Part shown: positions 45,344 through 55,136 of the stretch, piece after piece
Layout: each line of letters starts with the position of its first letter
Position numbering within the stretch: position 1 is the stretch's first letter
NCBI GenBank assembly: GCA_050186075.1
Contig: JBFWYU010000004.1
Coordinates: 15,337-79,336, forward strand
DNA from: Bacteroidia bacterium
GTDB lineage: Bacteria > Bacteroidota > Bacteroidia > SXHM01
DNA: 64,000 bases
Direction of reading: 5' to 3'
Position numbers and translations under genes: made by a program
The notes under the pieces: model-generated
Told to the model about the DNA's origin: nothing
What the model saw: only the letters and a program-made list of their open reading frames with translations
Databases searched by the model: none

Positions 45344-47116
45344 TTATATTTTACCTGCCTCAGCCTGTTTTATCAGACGCTTTTGTCTTTCCTGTTTGAA
45401 GGTGCGTTTTGCGATTTCTTCTTCTGTAAACTGTGCCGGCTCTACTTTTTCTACCACTTCCCGTTCTTCGGGTTTCTTTAAAAGCTGTTCAGCCAGAAAT
45501 TTGTATTTGGTTTGAAAAGCAGCAAGCATATATTCACCATAAACAGTGTGTCCGCCTTCATAACACTGCATTTGGTATTCTTCGTAAGTAGTTACATAAC
45601 CGCAATACGCATTGGTGTATGACGAAATTATCACACGCTCCACTCCTCTTTGCTTCAACACATCGGCAACGGTTTTTCTCAATCGTTGTCCTGCAATGGT
45701 TGTTATTTCGCAGGGAATTCCAACCAATGCCATGTTACCGATTATTGCAATATGAAAAGGCAATACCTGTGGAATCCAGGGTTTGTTATCCAGACTTCCG
45801 TTGCGGTGATACTCTTTAAATGTGCCTATGCTTCTGTCGGCCCAACCCGGGATAAACAGATTTTTTACATTCGGTGTTCCCAGCATTCTGCGTTCACCTG
45901 TTTCTACTAAAATATCTTTCTTTCCCTGAATGATGTATTTATTCATCACACTCTTTCTTCGCTCTTCGCTCATAAATGAAATCGTAGCATTTTCCCATAC
46001 CTTTATAAGTCTTGAGAGAACTGTTGCAGCTAGGGTAACCGGTTTAGGCATACCGGGACCTTCCAAAGTGCCCGCAAAAAATGCAACTCCATGACACGAT
46101 GGTCCTGTGCGTGCATCTGTTTTTCCATCGGCAAACTCAGGGTCGCAAACAACGTTACGCATATCAACATTCATAACCACAAAATCAATCTCAGGCAGAA
46201 GTGCTGAAGTTGTTTTTGCTTTTTCAAAAATCTCTTTTGCTTTTTCGTATTGCAGATTACCGTTGAATTTTGCGCTGTCAAAATCGTTTTCAAATTTTCC
46301 GCGCATCCATTTTTTCTTTTTGTCCCAAATGAAATTGGGTGTTACATCGCCCGAAACATGCTGTGCGAAAATGGAAATGAATTTTTCTCTGCCATGTTTC
46401 TTCATTTCTTCTTCGTGGTAATGTGCGGCATAACCTTTATTATCGCTGCAGATAAGATGGTTATCGTTGCTGAGGCTTGTAGTATGAACGCCAAACCAGT
46501 TGACAGATGCGATTGGTTTTCCATCAGGAGTATCGATGCGCATCAAAGTCATTTCGCGGTCAACGGCAAGGTGCTTATCTTTTTCGCTGCGCTTTATTTT
46601 AACTTCAGGATTCAGGTTGTAGGCAAGAACAGAACGGTTGAATGCAATTTCCAGATCTGCATCAAATGTTCCTGTTTCAATTTTCAATTCGGCAGGTTGC
46701 AAATTTTTTTCTGCTTCCAGAATTGCATCCACAATTCCGTCAACAACTTTGGTATAAACTTCGGGCACAAAACCCGGAATGCTCATGTTGTATAAGCCGT
46801 AATTGGAATAGCCACCCGGTGCGCTGTGGGTATGTTGTGCGGTGAGGAAAAGATTGTTTTCGTTGTAACCCAACTCTTCATGATTTCGGGCAAAACGTTT
46901 TACAACTCCGCTTTTTATGGCAATTGTGATGAAACAGATTTCAGCATTTACATACGCAATTTTTTTTCCTGTTCTTGAATCGCGAAATACCAGTGCGCGG
47001 GCATAAATGGGCGTTTCAACCCCGAGCACTATGTTGCGGAACATTCCGTAGCCCATCATGCCGACACCTTTTTTATCAACGGTAATGTCTGTTTTACCGG
47101 TTCCAACTTCAAACAT
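45344..47116 (-). CDS. Neutral/alkaline ceramidase-like hydrolase
   Basis: N-terminus GTGKTDITVDKKGVGMMGYGMF...GVETPIYARALVF matches the conserved N-terminal motif of neutral ceramidases (G.G..DIT...gMMGY...ARAfV). Confidence 0.55.
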   Translation of the reverse strand: MFEVGTGKTDITVDKKGVGMMGYGMFRNIVLGVETPIYARALVFRDSRTGKKIAYVNAEICFITIAIKSGVVKRFARNHEELGYNENNLFLTAQHTHSAPGGYSNYGLYNMSIPGFVPEVYTKVVDGIVDAILEAEKNLQPAELKIETGTFDADLEIAFNRSVLAYNLNPEVKIKRSEKDKHLAVDREMTLMRIDTPDGKPIASVNWFGVHTTSLSNDNHLICSDNKGYAAHYHEEEMKKHGREKFISIFAQHVSGDVTPNFIWDKKKKWMRGKFENDFDSAKFNGNLQYEKAKEIFEKAKTTSALLPEIDFVVMNVDMRNVVCDPEFADGKTDARTGPSCHGVAFFAGTLEGPGMPKPVTLAATVLSRLIKVWENATISFMSEERRKSVMNKYIIQGKKDILVETGERRMLGTPNVKNLFIPGWADRSIGTFKEYHRNGSLDNKPWIPQVLPFHIAIIGNMALVGIPCEITTIAGQRLRKTVADVLKQRGVERVIISSYTNAYCGYVTTYEEYQMQCYEGGHTVYGEYMLAAFQTKYKFLAEQLLKKPEEREVVEKVEPAQFTEEEIAKRTFKQERQKRLIKQAEAGKI

Positions 47117-47346
47117 AAAACGTGGGGATTAAATTTATGAGGTTAAAAGTAGCAGGATTTTGAAGGAAAAACAAAACCAGCAGCCCTTAACCGCAAAGGA
47201 CGCAGCGTAAGCCGGCCAATACCCAGAGCTGCTTCTTTGTGTGTAAGTGGTTTTATTTCGGGTTTCATAAATCGGATAGCAGTATGGTGTTACAAAACTA
47301 CTAAATGCACTAGCAAAAGTGTTAAGCAGATGCTATAAACTAAAAA

Positions 47347-47377
47347 TCCACCTTGCAATTAGACTTGTCAAGGTGGA
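47347..47377. terminator. Stem-loop terminator downstream of the minus-strand sulfur operon
   Basis: tccaccttg-caattagacttgt-caaggtgga, with T-runs on both strands. Confidence 0.5.
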
Positions 47378-47417
47378 CTTTTGATGCTGACCGGAATTCG
47401 GTTACCGTATTATAGGC

Positions 47418-47900
47418 TTAAATAAACAACATGTGCGTGCCTTCGCCAGCGCTTTGTTTATAAAAATCACCAACGGTAATTACTGCTTCAATGCCATCAT
47501 ACATATCTTCTTTTTTGTAGTGAAACATATCCATAGCCAATTTGCATGCCCACAGTTTTACTCCGGAGGCTGTTAGAATATCTAAAAACTCATGCACATC
47601 CGGCATGTCAATTTTTTCCATTTCTTTTTTCATCATAGAAGTTGCCAGCGCCTCCATACCAGGCATACCACCCAGCAAAGTAGGTATATGCATGGCAGGG
47701 TTACCCACCGTTGCCACATGCAGGTGTTCCAGCTTCTGTTTATGAATGGCTTCCAATCCAAAAAAGGTAAAGAACATTTCTGCTTCAATACCTTCCATGC
47801 GTGCTCCGTTTGCCAGCACAAATGCAGCATACACATTTTCCAACGTTCCTTTGGATAAGATGATCATCATCTTTTTTATTTCTCCTTTATTTTCGCTCAT
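47418..47900 (-). CDS. DsrE/DsrF-like sulfur-relay family protein
   Basis: 160 aa, MMIILSKGTLENVYAAFVLANGA...; DsrE-fold size and motifs. Confidence 0.65.
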   Translation of the reverse strand: MSENKGEIKKMMIILSKGTLENVYAAFVLANGARMEGIEAEMFFTFFGLEAIHKQKLEHLHVATVGNPAMHIPTLLGGMPGMEALATSMMKKEMEKIDMPDVHEFLDILTASGVKLWACKLAMDMFHYKKEDMYDGIEAVITVGDFYKQSAGEGTHMLFI

Positions 47901-47921
47901 GTTTATAGTTTTTAGAGGTTA

Positions 47922-48230
47922 TTAAATACAACTGGCAGGTTTAGGAATGCCTGCAATTTTGGTGGCAGTTTTCAAGGGTGCAATGGGAAATAACTGATAA
48001 AATTCTTTGATATCCACTACTCCGCTTTTACCTACGCGTCTGATGCTGAGTGCTGTTCCGCCCTGTTGTTCTTTTTGCAAATACTTCAGCACTTCCCAGT
48101 GACGCGGTGTAATAGTAATATTGGCTTCTGCCGCCAAAGCCTCTCCAACTTTTTCGTCCCACTGACTGAAATCAGTCATGTAACCTTCCTCGTTTACGGT
48201 AATTGTTTTACCTGCTACTGTTCTTTCCAT
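47922..48230 (-). CDS. TusE/DsrC-family sulfur-relay protein
   Basis: TPRHWEVLKYLQKEQQ core and C-terminal ...IPKPASCI (conserved penultimate Cys tail). Confidence 0.6.
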   Translation of the reverse strand: MERTVAGKTITVNEEGYMTDFSQWDEKVGEALAAEANITITPRHWEVLKYLQKEQQGGTALSIRRVGKSGVVDIKEFYQLFPIAPLKTATKIAGIPKPASCI

Positions 48231-48245
48231 TTTGTGTTTTATTTA

Positions 48246-49487
48246 TTAATTGTTTGTATAATCTTTTCCTGCTTCATCCATTGTTGCAGAAACAAAAGGG
48301 ATGTGCGTTCCTTTTAACAACATATTCCAATATATCCAGCGAAAAGCCAATTTCCCCATGTGATTTATCCTGCTCTCTTTCAAAAGGCGCAATGGCCCTA
48401 TGCCCTCAAAAGGAAAAGTTCCTTCCACCGGCTCGTGGGTATAGTTAAAATCAATCAGTAAAGCTTTACCATTGCCTGTTTCAATAAAGCAATTGGCGTG
48501 TCCGTCAAATTCTTCTTTCAGCGGTTCACCTTTTATATAAAGCAGAATATTGTCAGTTAATATCTCGGCCTCGAAGTGAGCTACCGAACCTGCTTTGGAT
48601 GCAGGGATGTTGCTGGCATCGCCCAGAACAAAAATGTTCTGGTGTGCCACCGACTGAAGCGTTGCTTTGTTGGTGGGAACATAATTCAGGTCATCACCCA
48701 TTCCCGAACGTTCAATCAACTCATCACCTTTGTTGGTGGGGACAGTTACCAGCAAATCAAACGGTATTATTCTGCCTCCGTAATCCACAATTGTTTTATT
48801 GTCATTATCTACTTTTTCAATGGCAAAATCGCTTTCAATTTTAATTCCTTTTTCGTGGAGCAGATGCTCTAAAGCCGCAGTGGCTTTAGGCTTGGTAAAT
48901 GCACCGCTTAAAGGAGTAACATAAGTTATATCCACTTTATCGCGCATGCCCTTATGCTTAAAAAACGAATCGGCTAAAAAGGTAAATTCCAAAGGTGCAA
49001 CCGGACATTTGATCGGCATTTCGGTAATGTGAACCAAAAGTTTTCCGCCTTCCCAATCACGCAGTTTATTGCGCAGAGCCAAGGCACCCTCATACGTATA
49101 AAAATCAAAAACAGATTTCTGCCATTCACTACCCAGCATACCGTTTATTTCCTCTGGTGCAATTTTGGCACCTGTGGCTATAATCAACACATCATAAGAT
49201 AATGCATCTCCGCCAGATAACTCTATTTTGTTTTGATCGGGAATAATTTTTTCAATCTTATTCCTTATAAGCTTAACACTTTCGGGAATAAACTCCTCAA
49301 CTGTTTTTATAATATCATCGGGAGTATAAATATCAAAGGGCAGGAAAAGAAAGCCCGGCTGGTAATAATGCTTTTCGCGTTCATCAATAATGGTAATCTG
49401 CCAATCGGGTCGTTTTAATTCATGATGCAGGTGGTTTGCCATCATCGTTCCTCCGGTGCCTGCGCCAAGTATTACAAGATTTTTCAT
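48246..49487 (-). CDS. FAD-dependent pyridine nucleotide-disulfide oxidoreductase, sulfide:quinone oxidoreductase-like
   Basis: N-terminal Rossmann VILGAGTGGTMMAN; second dinucleotide motif; conserved Cys residues (IKCPVAP, HANCFIETG). Context with DsrE/TusE genes. Confidence 0.6.
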   Translation of the reverse strand: MKNLVILGAGTGGTMMANHLHHELKRPDWQITIIDEREKHYYQPGFLFLPFDIYTPDDIIKTVEEFIPESVKLIRNKIEKIIPDQNKIELSGGDALSYDVLIIATGAKIAPEEINGMLGSEWQKSVFDFYTYEGALALRNKLRDWEGGKLLVHITEMPIKCPVAPLEFTFLADSFFKHKGMRDKVDITYVTPLSGAFTKPKATAALEHLLHEKGIKIESDFAIEKVDNDNKTIVDYGGRIIPFDLLVTVPTNKGDELIERSGMGDDLNYVPTNKATLQSVAHQNIFVLGDASNIPASKAGSVAHFEAEILTDNILLYIKGEPLKEEFDGHANCFIETGNGKALLIDFNYTHEPVEGTFPFEGIGPLRLLKESRINHMGKLAFRWIYWNMLLKGTHIPFVSATMDEAGKDYTNN

Positions 49488-49629
49488 TTACTTCTTTTTA
49501 GTTGGGGGCAAAAATGCGTCAGCTAATTTTCATCAAGCATGACTTATATCATGCAATGAGATGACTACTATCATGCACTTCGTTTCAACGATTTTTCACA
49601 TTTGCCGCTGAAATATAATCCAACATAAA

Positions 49630-50448
49630 ATGAAAAATATTTTAGTACCAACCGACTTTTCGGAAACTGCAAATGCAGCTGCTGAAGTAGCGGCAACTAT
49701 CGCAAAAAAAACCAACTCAACCATTTATTTGCTTCACGTTGTGAACCTGCTTGAATATGGAGATGAGGATGAAGTTTCAAAAAAATTGTTTGTAATGAAA
49801 CTGGTGAAAAAAAAGATGGATGCACTGATTGCACAACCATTTTTTGAAGGTGTAAATGTTGTAGTTGCACTTCAGTTCGAGTTGATTTACGAGCAAATCT
49901 GGAAACACGCTAAACAACATGATATTGATTTGATTGTAATGGGAACACACGGAATCAATGGTATTTCTGATATGTTTTTAGGCTCAAATACACAAAAGGT
50001 AGTTCGTATGGCTGAGTGTCCTGTTCTTACAGTTAAGGGAAAACCTGAACATTTTAATTTCAGCAATATTGTTTTTGCATCAGACTTTGGCGCAGAAACA
50101 GAAAAGATTTTCTGGAAAATTTCAGAGCTCATAAAAGCGTATGACAGCAAAATTCATTTACTCCGCGTTTGTACAGCATTTGATTTTGAAGTTACTGATA
50201 ATGCCATTGAACGAATGGAAGCTTTTGCTAAAAAACTGCATCTTAAAAACTACACAGTAAATATTTACAATGCAAAACAGATAGAATCGGGAATTATAAA
50301 GTTCAGCAATTCCGTAAAAGCCGGTCTGGCAGCCATTGGTGCGCATGGAAGAACAGGCTGGGACATGCTTATTATAGGAAGTAAAGCAGAGAATGTGGTG
50401 AACAGTTCCAACATCCCTATTCTGAGCATTCAAATTCCAAGAGATTAA
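49630..50448 (+). CDS. Universal stress protein (tandem UspA domains)
   Basis: Two Usp domains, each with VLVPTDFSE.../G.HG motifs. Confidence 0.75.
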   Translation: MKNILVPTDFSETANAAAEVAATIAKKTNSTIYLLHVVNLLEYGDEDEVSKKLFVMKLVKKKMDALIAQPFFEGVNVVVALQFELIYEQIWKHAKQHDIDLIVMGTHGINGISDMFLGSNTQKVVRMAECPVLTVKGKPEHFNFSNIVFASDFGAETEKIFWKISELIKAYDSKIHLLRVCTAFDFEVTDNAIERMEAFAKKLHLKNYTVNIYNAKQIESGIIKFSNSVKAGLAAIGAHGRTGWDMLIIGSKAENVVNSSNIPILSIQIPRD

Positions 50449-50450
50449 TC

Positions 50451-51857
50451 ATGAAAACTATTTTCAACACGCTGATTGTTTTAATATCCGGCACGTTGTC
50501 ATCATTTGGTCAAACACCACAATGGGCATGGGCAAGTGGTGGTGGCGGAAGTTCTCTCGACTACGGAACCAGTATATCAGTTGACGCCAACCGCAATTTA
50601 TATCTTACCGGATGGTTCAACAGTTCTACCATTTCTTTTGGCATCAATACACTTACCAATAACGGCCCTGAGGGAACTAGCGATATTTTTATTGCAAAAT
50701 ACGACTCAAACGGACAATTGTTATGGGTTAAAAATTTTGGAGGAAGCGGAGATGATAGAAGCGTGAGCATTAAAACTAATAGTCAGGGCGTCTTTGTTCT
50801 TACAGGATGGTATAACAGTTTAACTCTTACGTTGGGTAACAATACATTAAAAAATGCAGGCGGCAGTGACATATTTATTGCACGTTTTAATCAGGAAGGC
50901 GCAGTGCTGTGGGCAAAAAGTATAGGAGGAAGCGCTGGTGACGAAGGTACCAGCATCAGTTGCGATTCAAGAGACAATATCTATGTAACCGGCACATACG
51001 AAAGTGCTACAATCAATTTCGGGAATTCTGCATTAACAAGTGTAGGTAACCATGATATATTTCTGGTCGGTTATGATCAATCAGGACAACTATTGTGGGC
51101 AAAAAATATTGGAGGGAAAAATGATGATAACGGAAGCACCGTAACAAACGATGGTGACGGAAACATTTATTTGTCAGGAAAATTCAGAAGTGCCACTGTT
51201 AGCCTGGGCGAAAAGACATTGAGTAATGCTGGGAAAGATGGCAATTACGGTGATATATTTATGACAAAGTATAACCCTTCCGGAAAACTAACATGGGTAA
51301 AAAGCCTTGGAGGCAGTTATTATGATGAGGTATATAGCATTACAACAGATATGAACAGTAATGTCTATCTGACAGGTTGGTTTAAAAGCGACACTATCGT
51401 ATTTGGATGCGATACCCTGATGGAATGTACAATATTAACCCGTGCACATGGCGTAGAATACGGTGATGTATTTATTGCAAAATATGATACTTACGGGGAA
51501 CCTGTTTGGGCAAAACGCGCAGGCGGAATGGCAAAGGATTTTGGTTTCGGTATAACAACAAATGCCGTTGGCGATGTATATCTGACCGGCATTTTTGAAA
51601 GCAATTACACTGCTTCAGGGCAAATGAAATCAACTAATGTAAGAGGTAATGATATCTTTATTTCAAAATACAATCCGGAAGGTAAAGTGCTATGGGCCAA
51701 AAGTATTTACGGAAGCGCAATGGCCCGTTGCATTACCACCGATGTAAATGGTGATGTATATTTTGCAGGGGTTTATCATGCTCTTGAAATGAGATTTGAT
51801 AACACATTGTTAAAAAATGCGGGTGACGGAGATATTTTCGTTGCCAAACTAAAATAG
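50451..51857 (+). CDS. Secreted SBBP-repeat beta-propeller protein
   Basis: Signal peptide; ~8 repeats of the type DIFIAKY(D/N)..G...W.K..GG...D.G.SI..D...N.Y.TG. Confidence 0.6.
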   Translation: MKTIFNTLIVLISGTLSSFGQTPQWAWASGGGGSSLDYGTSISVDANRNLYLTGWFNSSTISFGINTLTNNGPEGTSDIFIAKYDSNGQLLWVKNFGGSGDDRSVSIKTNSQGVFVLTGWYNSLTLTLGNNTLKNAGGSDIFIARFNQEGAVLWAKSIGGSAGDEGTSISCDSRDNIYVTGTYESATINFGNSALTSVGNHDIFLVGYDQSGQLLWAKNIGGKNDDNGSTVTNDGDGNIYLSGKFRSATVSLGEKTLSNAGKDGNYGDIFMTKYNPSGKLTWVKSLGGSYYDEVYSITTDMNSNVYLTGWFKSDTIVFGCDTLMECTILTRAHGVEYGDVFIAKYDTYGEPVWAKRAGGMAKDFGFGITTNAVGDVYLTGIFESNYTASGQMKSTNVRGNDIFISKYNPEGKVLWAKSIYGSAMARCITTDVNGDVYFAGVYHALEMRFDNTLLKNAGDGDIFVAKLK

Positions 51858-51986
51858 CAACAGCCTTTATTAACCGGAATTATGATACACATCATTAACA
51901 TTCATGATTAAATGCAGTAGCCGACTGACATCTGAACGATACTTTTGTACAGATAACCAATTAAACTAAATTAATACCCGATACCA

Positions 51987-52325
51987 ATGAAAAATCTGTC
52001 ATCAATTTCAATATCCAGAAAATTTCAACTACTGTTTTTCGGAGTTGCTTTTTTTCCGCTGTTTGCGTTTTCACAGAGCAACCCTGAAAAGTCAAAGCAA
52101 TCTGATTATCCGCAAATCTCAAATACACAAGCTGCTCCTGCTTCACATCCTGCAGATAATCAGGATAAATCACAAAAATGGTCAGAAGAACCACGCTATA
52201 ATGTAAAGAAAAGAAACAAAAAGATTGAAAGAACCAAAACGGAACAAAGCAAAGGAACAGAAACTGTTACCGAAGGTGAATCTACACGAGGCGAAACTAA
52301 AAAAGAAAGAAAAAGCAAAAAATAA
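51987..52325 (+). CDS. Secreted low-complexity Lys/Glu-rich protein, hypothetical
   Basis: Signal peptide followed by a K/E/T-rich tail; 112 aa. Confidence 0.35.
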   Translation: MKNLSSISISRKFQLLFFGVAFFPLFAFSQSNPEKSKQSDYPQISNTQAAPASHPADNQDKSQKWSEEPRYNVKKRNKKIERTKTEQSKGTETVTEGESTRGETKKERKSKK

Positions 52326-52381
52326 TTCAGGTCTGCTTCACTGACTGAAGGTTTTATTTAGAATGAAAACTCTTCTGTTGC

Positions 52382-53902
52382 GTGTTACATATTAACCACA
52401 TTAATTTTAAAGAAAAAGCAAATGCAGGATTACTGTGTTTGCTTTTTCTGTTTTTAGTTTCTTCAGCATTTTCGCAATGCTGTAGTGGCGATTGTCTTAA
52501 TGGTTATGGTTCTTTCATAAATCAACAGGGAGATACCTACACCGGAAATTTTAAAGATGGCTTCTACAACGGCTATGCAAAAATGGTTTGCTTCAATGGC
52601 GATGTATACACAGGATTCTATGTTTCAAACTATAAACAAGGATGGGGCATATTGAATTATACAAACGGAATCAGGTATGAAGGTGAATGGAATAAAGATA
52701 AAATGCATGGAGACGGAATACTATATTACCCTGATGGCAGCAGACACATCGGGCAATTCAGAAATAACCGGCAAAATGGTCGTGGCGTTTTTTACGCTGC
52801 TAATGACAGCATAATCGCTGACGGATTTTTTGAAGACGGGGAATATATTCCGGGAGGCGAACTTAAAAATGCAGGTACTTCATACCTTGAAACCTATAAG
52901 GCAAACAGGTTAATACAGGAATATAATATCAGTGAATTCCCTTTTATTTCCGGCTTTTCGCAAACCTATGAGATACTCAGAAGTGCAAAGACCGATAATT
53001 TTCAATCGGTAAGAGGTGATGCAGTGTCGGAAAATACAAGAGGGCAATTCAGGCACGAAGGAAAAGTAAAAATTCCCGGAGCCAAAAACTGTTATATTAT
53101 GGCAGATGCCTACCTAGCCAATTATGGAGAATTCTCATCACTTGAAAGTGTGGTGAAAAAATTTGTTGAGGTATATGCCCAAATATCAGCAGCCGATAAA
53201 AGTTTTACAGTAGTAAATGATATCAGCTCACTGGAACCACCGTGCATTAAACGCTATCTCTTCTTAAAAGATGAAGGCAATTATTATTCACAGGACTGGT
53301 TGTATCTGAGTATTTATGAATGGAAAAAAAATCAAAACTATATTCTTGAACTCGGATGTGGTTTTGGTGCAGGTAAAGTGATGAAAGTGATACCACAGAA
53401 AGAAAAGAAGGATACACTGTTTGCCCGAAATTTACTGCTGCTGTTGAACGATGCGGATAATTCATTCCGGAATTTTACTGATAACGACAGCACTCTTATT
53501 TGCATGGCAAACATGGATTCTCTTACCTGTTATCATCTCAATATTGAATTACCCGGCTTGGGTAAACTGAGGTATTTTCCTCTCCATACTAATGAGAGCA
53601 ACAAAGGAGTTTCGGGCTACACAGAGGTAGCAACTGAGAAAGAAGCAAAAAAATTATATCACCAATTGATAGCACAGGTAAAAAATTCTTTGGATGAAAG
53701 CTACGTTTATACCGAAGCGGTTGATGCCGGTAATTTTGCGTCTGAAATTTTATTTGCCGCTTTCAGCGACATTCATAACGACCATGCTCCTGTTGTTAGG
53801 ATTAATCTTGGCGAAGGTGAGGAAGGAAATTATCAGGTTTTGCTAACTGTTCAGTACGATGCTTTTACAATTATTTCACGTCAGCTTCCCTACAGTTGGT
53901 GA
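52382..53902 (+). CDS. MORN-repeat protein with unknown C-terminal domain
   Basis: N-terminal MORN repeats (GDTYTGNFKDGFYNGYAKM, GDVYTGFYVSNYKQGWG, RYEGEWNKDKMHGDG, SRHIGQFRNNRQNGRG). Confidence 0.65.
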   Translation: MLHINHINFKEKANAGLLCLLFLFLVSSAFSQCCSGDCLNGYGSFINQQGDTYTGNFKDGFYNGYAKMVCFNGDVYTGFYVSNYKQGWGILNYTNGIRYEGEWNKDKMHGDGILYYPDGSRHIGQFRNNRQNGRGVFYAANDSIIADGFFEDGEYIPGGELKNAGTSYLETYKANRLIQEYNISEFPFISGFSQTYEILRSAKTDNFQSVRGDAVSENTRGQFRHEGKVKIPGAKNCYIMADAYLANYGEFSSLESVVKKFVEVYAQISAADKSFTVVNDISSLEPPCIKRYLFLKDEGNYYSQDWLYLSIYEWKKNQNYILELGCGFGAGKVMKVIPQKEKKDTLFARNLLLLLNDADNSFRNFTDNDSTLICMANMDSLTCYHLNIELPGLGKLRYFPLHTNESNKGVSGYTEVATEKEAKKLYHQLIAQVKNSLDESYVYTEAVDAGNFASEILFAAFSDIHNDHAPVVRINLGEGEEGNYQVLLTVQYDAFTIISRQLPYSW

Positions 53903-53909
53903 GTTGAAA

Positions 53910-54959
53910 TTACTCCTCGCTCCAGCAAACTAAAATCTGCCGCTTCCCTTCATAAGGAAGCCTTCCGTGCGAAGTTCCAAGGTTATCAATCGCCAGCAAA
54001 TCATTTTTCTTCCAGGGAAAAATCACCATGTTTTTCCAAATAGTTTCTTCAATGTTTCGGATATATTTTTCAGGGATTTCTGCTCCATCGGCAAACAACA
54101 TATTCATGCTTTGCTCTTCGGGCTGGGTTCCGCGTTTTTTCAATTTGGTTGCCACATTTAAAAACAATTTCATCATCCATGTTTTCAGGCGTTTCTGCCG
54201 ATGATGAATGAATTCGTATTCTATTGGCGCAGCATCAATATTAAAAACCTGTGTGTGATTAAACCATACTTTTTCTTTAGTAACCGGATGCTCCACAACA
54301 GCATCATTAATATGTGTAAGCCTTAGATCACCATTTTCTTTCCATGCAAAATCAACTTCGTATTTACGGAATTGTTTTTCCACTTCTTCTTTATCAGTGG
54401 TATGAAAAATGTCCGGCCAGCTTTTCAGCTCCCAGAGATTGAGCTTGCTGCGCTTGCCCGGAGCACTGTAGTTGCGAACCAATTTCAGTTTGCGCTTTTC
54501 AAACTCACGTTTCACTTCTGCATCCAGCTCAGTGTATACCTTTCTGAAATTGCAAATGGGTGTTTCACCGCCATATTCGGGTTCTACATTGCAGTAAAAA
54601 AACAACTTGATTGGCTTGTTTTTCATGTAACTCATTTCGCAGTGCTGCGGAATAGGATAAAAACCCGGAAGCTCGCTGGCAGAAAAAACATAATCGGTTC
54701 CCGCAACTTTGTCGCGCGGTGAAGTTCCCAGATAGTCGTTCTTTAAATTAGGGTCAACAAGCGCAGAAATTTCTTCAAACACTTTAGGAGAACTGATGTC
54801 GAAACCACGGAATAGAATTGCTCCGTGTTTATACATTTTATTCAGCAAGTCTTTATGATTTTTTCGGATATATTCTTTCAGTCCTTCCGCTGATTTATCG
54901 CCATCCGGTTCAATTACCAAAGGAAGCTGTTGCTGTTCGTTAATAAAGTATTGTTTCAT
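53910..54959 (-). CDS. TauD/TfdA-like Fe(II)/2-oxoglutarate dioxygenase, tentative
   Basis: ~350 aa; clavaminate-synthase-like fold pattern. Annotated ORF starts at GTG 54980; ATG at 54959 (MKQYF...) preferred. Confidence 0.45.
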   Translation of the reverse strand: MKQYFINEQQQLPLVIEPDGDKSAEGLKEYIRKNHKDLLNKMYKHGAILFRGFDISSPKVFEEISALVDPNLKNDYLGTSPRDKVAGTDYVFSASELPGFYPIPQHCEMSYMKNKPIKLFFYCNVEPEYGGETPICNFRKVYTELDAEVKREFEKRKLKLVRNYSAPGKRSKLNLWELKSWPDIFHTTDKEEVEKQFRKYEVDFAWKENGDLRLTHINDAVVEHPVTKEKVWFNHTQVFNIDAAPIEYEFIHHRQKRLKTWMMKLFLNVATKLKKRGTQPEEQSMNMLFADGAEIPEKYIRNIEETIWKNMVIFPWKKNDLLAIDNLGTSHGRLPYEGKRQILVCWSEE

Positions 54960-54999
54960 ATGATTAACCACTAAGAGCACTAAGATACACTAAGTTTCT

Positions 55000-55080
55000 C
55001 GTGATTGCGAGTCCGCCTCAGGCGGGCGAAGCAATCTCATAAATAATAAAGAGATTGCTTCGCTATCGCTCGCAATGACG
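55000..55080. repeat. REP-like nested palindromic intergenic element, copy 3 of 4
   Basis: cgtgattgcgagtccgcctcaggcgggcgaagcaatctcataaataataaagagattgcttcgctatcgctcgcaatgacg; preceded by a (cactaag)3 short tandem repeat. Confidence 0.7.
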
Positions 55081-55136
55081 GAATTATTAATGTTTCCTAT
55101 GATTTCTTAATTTCGCTGCCTCTTTAAAAACAGAAC

